From positions 1,600,001-1,664,000 of the forward strand of contig OY968762.1 of assembly GCA_963695225.1 (NCBI GenBank): 64,000 nucleotides of DNA, written 5' to 3'. Source of the DNA: Vulcanimicrobiota bacterium. Lineage in GTDB: Bacteria; Vulcanimicrobiota; Vulcanimicrobiia; Vulcanimicrobiales; Vulcanimicrobiaceae. The translations under genes were made by a program, and so were the position numbers. The notes under the pieces were generated by a model that saw only the letters and a program-made list of their open reading frames with translations, was not told the origin of the DNA and did not search any database. Positions 56,618 to 64,000 of the stretch are shown one piece after another; positions within the stretch are counted from its first letter, which is position 1, and every line of letters starts with the position of its first letter.

Positions 56618-57223
56618 ATGACGCACGACGACGCGCTGCTCGAACGGATCGGCACCCTCGCGCTCGGCGCGCTCCCGGCGGCGGAGGCGTCGCAATTGCG
56701 CGGGCACATCGCGGGCTGCGCTCTGTGCCGGGCAGAGTACACGGCATGCCGTGCGACGGCGGATCTCGTCGCCTGTGCCGCCGAAGTCCCGCAACTCGAC
56801 GAATTGGCGGAGCGCCGCATGAAATCGCGCGTGATGCGCGCGGTCCGCGCGGCGGCGCTCTCCACGTCCGAGCATGCACGCCCGCTCGCGTGCAAAACGC
56901 GGCTCGGCGATCTCTACGCTTGCGATAGCGACCGCTTCCCGGTCGACGGCGGCGAAGTGATTCGACGCGGGGAAAAGCTCTATCTCGCGATGTATCGCAC
57001 GCCCAAGCTCTCCGCGGGGCGCGTCTGGCAAATTTGGACGTTGAAAACCGGCGCGGCGGCCGTCGCGCCGAGCGTCACGTTCACGACGGCCGAGAATGGC
57101 GGCGCGCTCGTCCTGCTCCCGATTCCGGCGACCGGCATCACCACGGTCGCCCTCAGCGAAGAACCCGCCGGCGGTAGCGCCGCGCCCACCTCGAAACCCG
57201 CCTTCGTCAGAAAGCTGTCGTGA
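56618..57223 (+). CDS. Zinc-binding anti-sigma factor with RskA-like C-terminal domain
   Basis: GGAG RBS; LALGAL..E, ZAS motif HIAGCALC, WQIW, ALSEEPAGGSAAPT. Confidence 0.8.
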   Translation: MTHDDALLERIGTLALGALPAAEASQLRGHIAGCALCRAEYTACRATADLVACAAEVPQLDELAERRMKSRVMRAVRAAALSTSEHARPLACKTRLGDLYACDSDRFPVDGGEVIRRGEKLYLAMYRTPKLSAGRVWQIWTLKTGAAAVAPSVTFTTAENGGALVLLPIPATGITTVALSEEPAGGSAAPTSKPAFVRKLS

Positions 57224-57888
57224 AAGAGATTCTTCCCGAGATCTATCGCTGGGAGCGGCGCGTCGGCCCGGGCATTCCGGCCGCCTCGCTCTACATCCGC
57301 ACGGCGGCGGGGCCCGTCGTCGTCGATCCGTTGATTCCGAAGGAAGGCTTCGATGCGATCGCCGCGCTCGGAGACCCCGTCGCGACGGTCCTCACGACGC
57401 ATTGGCACGAGCGCGATGCGCTTGCTTTCGAAGCGCGCTTCGGCGTCCGCCGGTACGTGAACGCCCTGCCGGACGCGCGCGAATCCCGGCACGGCACCCG
57501 TTTCTACGCCGGCGACGCCCTCTTGGGCACCTTTCGCACGATCGATCTCGGTGGGATCGGTCCCGGCGAAACGGGGCTCTTCCTCGAACGCGACGGCGGG
57601 ATATTGATCGTCGGCGACGCGTTCTTCAACTTCGAAGGTCCCGACATCACGAATCCGCTCTCGTTGGTGGTCCCGCTTCTATTGCCCTACGGGCCGCCGC
57701 AGCCGCGCCCGGCTTGGCTCTCGGAGGATATGCGCCTCAGCCGCCTGCAACTCGACAAGGTCGGCGTGCGGACGTTCGAGCACCTGCTCCCATCCCACGG
57801 CGAACCGATGATAGGGAACGCTTCGGCGCGCGTCTCGGCCGCGCTCGCAAAGCAAAACCGCGTGCAGCGAGCCGTATTGGCGCGCTAA
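57220..57888 (+). CDS. Metallo-beta-lactamase-fold protein (degenerate motif)
   Basis: VVVDP, LTTHWHERD, LIVGDA, LPSHG; coupled to the anti-sigma stop. Confidence 0.7.
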   Translation: MKEILPEIYRWERRVGPGIPAASLYIRTAAGPVVVDPLIPKEGFDAIAALGDPVATVLTTHWHERDALAFEARFGVRRYVNALPDARESRHGTRFYAGDALLGTFRTIDLGGIGPGETGLFLERDGGILIVGDAFFNFEGPDITNPLSLVVPLLLPYGPPQPRPAWLSEDMRLSRLQLDKVGVRTFEHLLPSHGEPMIGNASARVSAALAKQNRVQRAVLAR

Positions 57889-58409
57889 GGGTTCTGAGCC
57901 GGCGGCTTGACGTCGATGTCGACGTACGGCGTGGTCGGCTTCTGGTCGGATCCCAGGTTGAACGGGGCCGGTTTCCCGGCCGGGCCCAGCGCGCGGATGA
58001 AGAAATAGATCGCACGCCGGTCGGTCTCGCCGAGGGCCCGCAGTTCGTGCCAGGGCATCGGCGGGTGGTCGGCCCGCGTCTTGATCATCGCGAGCCAGTC
58101 GTCGACCGTGAGTTGCGCGACGAGCAGGCGAATATTCGGTGGATAGCTCGTCCCCCAGGCCGCACGGTAGCCCGTCGTGCTGCCCGTCAACCACTGCGCC
58201 TCAGGCAGCTTCCCGTCCGATTCCCGCCAGCCGGGCGTGTGGCAATCGTTGCACGCGCCGAATCGGACGAGATATCTGCCGGCCTCGAAGGGGCTCGCCG
58301 CGGCGACATGCGCCGTCGAGGCGCTCTCCGTTTGCCGGGCCGAGGCTACGAAGGAGACCGCGAGCAACAGGGCCGCGGTCGCGGCGAGAGCCATGCCGAG
58401 GGGGCGCAT
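57885..58409 (-). CDS. Secreted monoheme cytochrome c
   Basis: Signal peptide; GRYLV..GACNDCHTP, distal PPMPW. Confidence 0.85.
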   Translation of the reverse strand: MRPLGMALAATAALLLAVSFVASARQTESASTAHVAAASPFEAGRYLVRFGACNDCHTPGWRESDGKLPEAQWLTGSTTGYRAAWGTSYPPNIRLLVAQLTVDDWLAMIKTRADHPPMPWHELRALGETDRRAIYFFIRALGPAGKPAPFNLGSDQKPTTPYVDIDVKPPAQNP

Positions 58410-58528
58410 CTGCGAGGATCTCCGTTCGGGCGCTGGGCGCGGATGTAGTCGGGACCGTGCCCGCATCTTCTCCGCCGCTCGCTCGCACCCCGGCGTCGAA
58501 TCGCGGCCCGGATTTCGCGGAAGCTCGC

Positions 58529-58768
58529 CTAGCGCTCGCTATACTGGAGATTCCGGCGCGGCGAACGCCGCGGCGGCGTCGCGCTCTGTTCGCTCAACGC
58601 CAGCGAACTCTCGGAGAAAAATCCGTGATTCGCTTCGTGCTGCGGGCACCACTCGACGCGGAACTCGCTCCCGGGCCCGCTCACGTTCCGACAACCGCAG
58701 CTGAAGGACCGGAACTGGACCGCCGGCATGACATCCGTGCTGCTTCCGAAATCGGTCCGGCTGGCCAT
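58529..58768 (-). CDS. Small hypothetical protein with CxC...CxxH
   Basis: G-rich RBS (GAAGGGGG) before ATG 58768; SCGC and WCPQH. Confidence 0.45.
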   Translation of the reverse strand: MASRTDFGSSTDVMPAVQFRSFSCGCRNVSGPGSEFRVEWCPQHEANHGFFSESSLALSEQSATPPRRSPRRNLQYSER

Positions 58769-58906
58769 AGCGGCCCCCCTTCTCGTCCTGCGCGCCCATC
58801 CGAAGTATAGACCTAACATCGCCGAAAAACCATAGGCGATTGAACGATTGTGAGCGCACATAAGTGCAGTCACGCCATCCTGCTTAGACCTTGCTTACCT
58901 ACAACG

Positions 58907-60547
58907 TCATTCGCTTGCTGAGGTCGATACTTCGGATACGTCAGGCGATCGCCGGAGTGGGGCGCCGGCCAGTTCTCGCGCGAGCTTGCTCGCGTTGCGG
59001 GCGACGATCGCGTAAATCGAGAGTTGCGGATTCGCCCCAACGCTCGTGGGAAAGATCGAGCCGTCGAAAACGGAGACGTTTTCGATCTGATGGTGCCGCC
59101 CGGCCGGATCGACGACCGACTCGCGCGGGTTCGCGCCCATCCCGCAGCCGCCCATCACGTGCGCGCTGACGACGCGTGCGCGCAGGATCTCCATGCGCAA
59201 TAGCGCGATCGCGGCTTCGGCGCTGGGAAGGGCGTCGTAGTCGCTCGCATCTTCGTGGAGCGGGAACACGCGCACCGCACCTGCGGCGAACTGGATCTGC
59301 GCCATCGTCGCGAACGCCCTGCGAAAACCGTCCCACACGTACGGGGTGATCGGGTAGTCGAGTAGCGGCGTACCGTCATCCTTGAGTTCGACCGTGCCGC
59401 CCGCGCTCTCGGCGTGAAAGCCGTCGCGCATCAACGCGATGATCGCATGGACGTTGGGCAGCCGAGCCATCAACCGCGCGTGCCGCACGCCGAACGACGT
59501 CAACGTCGTCGCGGTCAGCAACGGATGCAGCGGGGGGACCTCGAGTTTGTAGCCGATCGGCCCGTCGAGCGGCCCCTTGAGGAAATGATCCGAGTAGAGC
59601 GACTGCGGCGCGCCCGAGTAGCCTTCGACGCGATCCGGCAGCACCGCCGCCGAGACCGCCGCCGGGTGCAGGAACGTGCGTTTTCCGGCGCGGCCGTGCG
59701 GATCGGGAAGCTTGCTTCGCAAGATCAACGCGGGGCTCCCGATCGCACCCGCGGCGATGACGTAATGCTTGGCGCGCACGTGAATCGATTTCGCCGTCGG
59801 AGCGATCCCGCGCGAATCCATCGCCACGCAGTCGAGCCCCGTAACGCGCGTGCCGGCGAACTGGAGTCGCTGCGCTCGCGCGCGGTAGAGCAGCACTGCG
59901 CCGTGCCGTAGCGCAGCGGGGATCGTCGTCACGAGCATCGATTGCTTGGCGTTCGTGGGACATCCCATTCCGCAATATCCCAAGTTGCGGCAACCGGTGA
60001 CGTTCCGGCGGATGTGCCCCATCGAGATGCCGAGCGCGCGGGCGCCCGCGCGCAAGAGCTCGTTGTTGGCGTTCGGCGCGACGCTCCAATCGCGGACGCT
60101 CAAACGCCGTTCCAGCATCGCGAACCACGGAGCGAGATCGCTCTCGGTGTAATCCGCCAGGCCGAAGCGCTCCCTCCAATGTTCGAGCGTCGAAGGCGGC
60201 GTGCGAAAACTCGAGGCCCAATTCACGGTCGTCGAGCCGCCGACGCTGCGCCCTTGCAGGATGTTGATGCCCTTGTCCTTCGTCTTTCGCGCGGCGGATT
60301 CTTGATACAGATCGGGATACGCTTCCGCTTCGAGCATGTGGAAATCGGAGGAAGTTCGCAACGGTCCTTCCTCGATCAGCACGACGCGCAATCCGGCGCG
60401 TGCGAGGATCTCCGCCGCCGTCCCTCCGCCCGCGCCCGTTCCCACGATCGCGACGTCCGCATCGAGCGCGAGGTCGGACGAAAGGCGCGACGCGTCGCGG
60501 ACGTCCCAGCCGCTGCGGATCCCTTCAGCGACGGCGTCCCGGATCAC
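58907..60547 (-). CDS. GMC family oxidoreductase
   Basis: VGTGAGGG, GRSVGGSTTVN, C..GYC.MGC, SAHVMGG, ANPQLSI. Confidence 0.92.
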   Translation of the reverse strand: MIRDAVAEGIRSGWDVRDASRLSSDLALDADVAIVGTGAGGGTAAEILARAGLRVVLIEEGPLRTSSDFHMLEAEAYPDLYQESAARKTKDKGINILQGRSVGGSTTVNWASSFRTPPSTLEHWRERFGLADYTESDLAPWFAMLERRLSVRDWSVAPNANNELLRAGARALGISMGHIRRNVTGCRNLGYCGMGCPTNAKQSMLVTTIPAALRHGAVLLYRARAQRLQFAGTRVTGLDCVAMDSRGIAPTAKSIHVRAKHYVIAAGAIGSPALILRSKLPDPHGRAGKRTFLHPAAVSAAVLPDRVEGYSGAPQSLYSDHFLKGPLDGPIGYKLEVPPLHPLLTATTLTSFGVRHARLMARLPNVHAIIALMRDGFHAESAGGTVELKDDGTPLLDYPITPYVWDGFRRAFATMAQIQFAAGAVRVFPLHEDASDYDALPSAEAAIALLRMEILRARVVSAHVMGGCGMGANPRESVVDPAGRHHQIENVSVFDGSIFPTSVGANPQLSIYAIVARNASKLARELAGAPLRRSPDVSEVSTSASE

Positions 60548-61077
60548 GCCTTGCCGAGCGCCGGCGGACCGGGGTAGCCGATCCGCCGCCACGCTGCCGG
60601 ATTCCCGTACCACGCCGCGAGAATCAGTTGGTGCAGCGCGTCGTACCCGCTCCGAAACGTCGCGATCCGGCTCGTTCGCCAGGACTGCAAGAAGCGCTCG
60701 ATTTCCTGGGCGCCCGCTTCCTCCCACGAACCGTGCACGCCGGCGACGAGAAAGCGCGCCGGCGGAAAACCCAACAGCTTGAAGAGCTGAGCGATTTCTC
60801 GCTGAACGCTCGGCGTCAGGGATGCGATCGCGGCATCAGTGCCGTCGACCACGTCGCGCAGCGCGGAGGACTCGCGCTCGCCCAACTCGGGCAACGCGCC
60901 CGCGAGCATGACGGGCGCGATCGCGGCTACGATCCCGCGTGCGGCGGGGTCGAGGGCGCTTTCACGCGCGCGGGGTTGCGCCGCACGGGCGGGAGTCGCC
61001 TTACGCGCGAGGCGCACGACGGCAAGCGCCGTCGCGCCCCCGAGCGCAAGTTCGAACCAGCGGCGGCGGCTCAGCAC
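60544..61077 (-). CDS. Tat-signal partner protein of the GMC oxidoreductase (gluconate dehydrogenase subunit 3-like)
   Basis: LSRRRWF twin-arginine motif; C-terminal W..IGYPGP; overlaps the GMC start. Confidence 0.8.
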   Translation of the reverse strand: MLSRRRWFELALGGATALAVVRLARKATPARAAQPRARESALDPAARGIVAAIAPVMLAGALPELGERESSALRDVVDGTDAAIASLTPSVQREIAQLFKLLGFPPARFLVAGVHGSWEEAGAQEIERFLQSWRTSRIATFRSGYDALHQLILAAWYGNPAAWRRIGYPGPPALGKA

Positions 61078-61117
61078 GAGCGCTCCGCCGGCTCTGCGCG
61101 CAGGAACGCCGTCAACG

Positions 61118-61606
61118 CTACTTCGCGGGCGGCGCGGAGGGCGCCGGGGACGCGGGCGCGGCGGCGGCCGGACCGACGTCGACGGTGGCTTCGTCGGCGA
61201 GAGGGCCTCTCCAACCGCTCGCGTTCACTTCGTACTTGAAATGGTCCGTCCCGGTGAAGCCCTCGCGCGGCTCGTAATACACCGCGATGCCGGGGTACGA
61301 GTTGCCGTTGCACTTCATTCTCACGGGTACGCGCGACGTGTACTTGATCGTAGCGGCACGGCTCACCAGCGTGCCGTTGGCGGGCTGTTCGGTGACCTTC
61401 ATCTCCGGAACGGCCACGAACGAACAGAGATTGTCGATCGCCGTGTAGCCGAAGATGAACGTCTCTTTGCCTGCGCTCGTCGCGACATGCCTCGAATCCG
61501 CGATCGCCGCGGTCGGCCCGAGCATCAGGAGCGCCGCGGCGATCAGGGCGCTCGCTCCTCCGCGACTCGGCGCGGAATCGATTGCAGGACGGTTACCGTA
61601 GTGCAT
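61118..61606 (-). CDS. Secreted Ig-like domain protein (start uncertain)
   Basis: Signal-like segment; QPANGTL and YYEPREGFTGTDHFKY resemble bacterial Ig-like repeats. Confidence 0.6.
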   Translation of the reverse strand: MHYGNRPAIDSAPSRGGASALIAAALLMLGPTAAIADSRHVATSAGKETFIFGYTAIDNLCSFVAVPEMKVTEQPANGTLVSRAATIKYTSRVPVRMKCNGNSYPGIAVYYEPREGFTGTDHFKYEVNASGWRGPLADEATVDVGPAAAAPASPAPSAPPAK

Positions 61607-61785
61607 CCGGGTACCTCGCGGCAGAGTGATGAACTTCGCCGGCGCGAGCGCAAGGTCCGGCCGGACCGTCGGGCCGACGACCGGTTGAGCTCGCGCTAAG
61701 GACACGCCGTAACGCACCGTTCATTTGAGGTTCAGGATGAAGGCCTATGCTCGGGGCATCCCCTCCCCCTCATCCCGGAGACGAA

Positions 61786-62763
61786 ATGGCGCCCACTTCA
61801 TCGAAACTCCCACCCGCGAACGATCCCAAGGTGCGGCTCTACGCGAAGCACGGCTTGCTGACGCGCACGCTGCATTGGTTGAACATGGTCGCGACCCTCG
61901 CACTCATCTCCACGGGAATCGCGATGATGATCGGCGGCGAATGGCTGCGCTCGCTCGGGGGCTCGATCCATGAAGTCTTCTACTTGCTCTTGCTCGGCGT
62001 CGGCGCGATCTATCTCGTCTCGCTGATCGCGAGCCGCGGTTGGAAGATATTCCTCCCGACGCGCGAGACGATCGCCGATGCGGCCGGTGTCGTGAAGAGC
62101 GAGTTGGGAATCGGAACGCACGCGCCGCGCTTGGCGAAATACAACGGCGCGCAGCGCCTAGCGTATCTCGCGGTCTTGCTGATGGTCGCGGGCGAAGTCG
62201 TGACGGGGCTCGCGATGGCCTATCGCGACCAAGTCCCGTGGCTCGCCGCGGCGCTGGGCGGGCGCCACACGGTACGCGGCATTCATAAGTTTCTGATGTT
62301 CGGCATCGTCGCGTTCGTGCTCGTGCACGTCGTCCAAGTGATGCGCGCGGGTTGGCCGACGCTGCGCGCGATGATCTCGGGCTACGCCATCGTCCCCGCG
62401 GGGGCCGCGGCCGCAATCGACGGCGCAACGCCGGAACCCGACCGTCTCGGCGCTCCGATTCCTCAAAGCGCGGCGAACGCGACGCTCGCTTCGAACACTC
62501 GGAAAGGCTTTATCGGCGCCGGCGCCGCGCTGGCGGCGGGGCTTCTCCTCGCCGCCGTCGGCGGCGCTCGCGAAGCCGTCGCTGAAGGGGGCGAGGGGAT
62601 CGGGCCCCGCAGCCCGGTCACGGCCGGCGGTACGAGCGCGAACGGCGACGGCATGTCCGCGAACGGCGCAGGCGCTCCGTTGAACGCCGCCGCGAGCCGT
62701 CGCCGGGAGCGGCGGCGGCGTACCGGCGGTGACGAAGGGTACGACGGAGACGGCGACGACTGA
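61786..62763 (+). CDS. Cytochrome b/b6-like (Ni/Fe-hydrogenase b-type) membrane protein with C-terminal extension
   Basis: RTLHWLN, IHE, KYNGAQRLAY, IHKF..VHV heme-ligand pattern. Confidence 0.8.
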   Translation: MAPTSSKLPPANDPKVRLYAKHGLLTRTLHWLNMVATLALISTGIAMMIGGEWLRSLGGSIHEVFYLLLLGVGAIYLVSLIASRGWKIFLPTRETIADAAGVVKSELGIGTHAPRLAKYNGAQRLAYLAVLLMVAGEVVTGLAMAYRDQVPWLAAALGGRHTVRGIHKFLMFGIVAFVLVHVVQVMRAGWPTLRAMISGYAIVPAGAAAAIDGATPEPDRLGAPIPQSAANATLASNTRKGFIGAGAALAAGLLLAAVGGAREAVAEGGEGIGPRSPVTAGGTSANGDGMSANGAGAPLNAAASRRRERRRRTGGDEGYDGDGDD

Positions 62764-62821
62764 AGCCGGCGCACCCGCGCCTGCTCGGAGCGTATGATCC
62801 CGATATGCGGAAGCCGGAAAG

Positions 62822-63670
62822 ATGAACGTAGCGGGAATCCTCTTGCGCGGCGGCCTCGCGCTCGGGGCCGTCGCCTTCGCGTCCGTGATCGCCGGCAGTC
62901 GAGGCTTCGACGGCCTCGTCACGCGCGACGTGCGCGACCTGTTCTCCCAAAGCGCGCAACCCGGCCCGGCGGAAGGCCGCCGGCCGCTCCCCGAACCCGT
63001 GCTGCGCTACCTGCGCTATGCCGTACCCGCCGGCACGCCGCCCATCCGCACGATGCGGATGCTGCACGGCGGAACGTTTCGCACGAAGCCGGACGGGGCG
63101 TGGTGGCCTATCGAAGGCGAGGAGTACTTCACGCTCGAGCGTCCCGGGTTCGTATGGGCCGCGCGAGCCGAACCTTCGCCGCTCGTGTGGATCGGGGTCC
63201 GCGACCAGTTGCTCGACGGGCGCGGCAACATGCTCGTGAAGGCCTACTCGACGCTCACGATGGTCGATGCCAAGGGGCCCGAGATCGACCAGGGGAGCCG
63301 GATGCGGTGGCTCGCGGAGATGATGTGGTGCCCGACCGCGCTCGCAGGCGAGGCCGTCCGCTGGGACCCGATCGACGCGCATTCGGCCCGCGCCACGTTA
63401 CTCGACGAAGGCTTGCCCGTGAGCCTCGTCTTCGAGTTCGACGGTGAAGGCAAGCTTTCGGGGGTGCACGGCGAGCGCTATTACGACGCGGGCGAGGGCA
63501 GGGCGAAACTCATGCCGTGGTTCGGACGCGCGCGCGATTACCGCGAGTTCGGCGGCGTGCGCGTTCCGGCAACGGCCGAAGTCGGCTGGATGCTCCAGGG
63601 GAAAGAATTCATCTACGCGCGCTTCCACGTGACCGCGCTCGAAGCGAACGTCGGGGAGCGTTTCCGCTAG
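62822..63670 (+). CDS. Conserved hypothetical protein (DUF6544/DUF6920-like)
   Basis: LPEPVLRYL, GFVW, RWLAEMMW.PTAL, VRVP...EVGW. Confidence 0.7.
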   Translation: MNVAGILLRGGLALGAVAFASVIAGSRGFDGLVTRDVRDLFSQSAQPGPAEGRRPLPEPVLRYLRYAVPAGTPPIRTMRMLHGGTFRTKPDGAWWPIEGEEYFTLERPGFVWAARAEPSPLVWIGVRDQLLDGRGNMLVKAYSTLTMVDAKGPEIDQGSRMRWLAEMMWCPTALAGEAVRWDPIDAHSARATLLDEGLPVSLVFEFDGEGKLSGVHGERYYDAGEGRAKLMPWFGRARDYREFGGVRVPATAEVGWMLQGKEFIYARFHVTALEANVGERFR

Positions 63671-64000
63671 CTAATCGTCGCGCGCCTGCGTGCCGGCGCC
63701 TCCGCCGGGATACGGCGTGCCGTCCGGGCGCAGACCTCGCCAGAGGATTCGGTTGAATGCGTCCGCGTCGATCTTGTCGGGCGTTCTGAAGTCGAAGCCG
63801 CGGGTTTGGGCGGCCCACCACGCGCCGTCGCGGCGCTCGCGGACCGGCGGCGTGCGATGCGCCGCGGCTTGCGAGCCCTTGCACGCGGGGACGAGATCAG
63901 CCGCGACCGGCGGCGCGCAGAGCACGCCCGGCACGTAGGCCGCGTAACGATCGGCAAGATCGAGCCGGCCGAACAACTCGCTCATCGGGGCGGCGTTCGC
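63671..64000 (-). CDS. 3' end of a large protein, probably YncE-like beta-propeller/phosphoesterase family
   Basis: Frame open to the window edge; C-terminal FDF..PD..DA..FNRILWRGL pattern. Confidence 0.55.
   Translation of the reverse strand, partial: ANAAPMSELFGRLDLADRYAAYVPGVLCAPPVAADLVPACKGSQAAAHRTPPVRERRDGAWWAAQTRGFDFRTPDKIDADAFNRILWRGLRPDGTPYPGGGAGTQARDD

Overview
GC-rich bacterial chromosomal segment, densely coding. The gene content suggests a diderm soil bacterium, possibly Eremiobacterota/Vulcanimicrobiota, but this is inference only. Content in order: 5' end of ppk1; a quaternary-amine (Opu/ProU-type) ABC transporter beside egtD and a gamma-glutamyl hydrolase; lipid, sugar and housekeeping genes (prfC, alr); a heme A/heme O/SCO biogenesis block, a minor type IV pilin cluster and an A2-type caa3 oxidase operon; an amino-sugar/peptidoglycan-recycling-like cluster (nanE, BadF kinase, GH20, serine hydrolase, SSS transporter); a GAF-PAS-GAF-GGDEF-EAL protein; redox genes. 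The most striking element is at 31.9-37.0 kb. A stand-alone 116-aa gene encodes a hydrophobic leader plus seven tandem 14-aa cores (NAGPLGGSGIG[S/G][H/Q]T), has its own candidate promoter and intrinsic terminator, and is followed by three paralogous ~450-aa TPR-like proteins with no recognisable enzymatic or DNA-binding domain. This is a candidate multi-core peptide signal/receptor (RRNPP-like) system. Also notable: a ~150-nt highly structured intergenic element (8495-8645) and an ORF split by one in-frame TAG next to prfC. No rRNA, tRNA, CRISPR array or transposase was recognised. Many start codons were re-assigned by eye from the ORF track.
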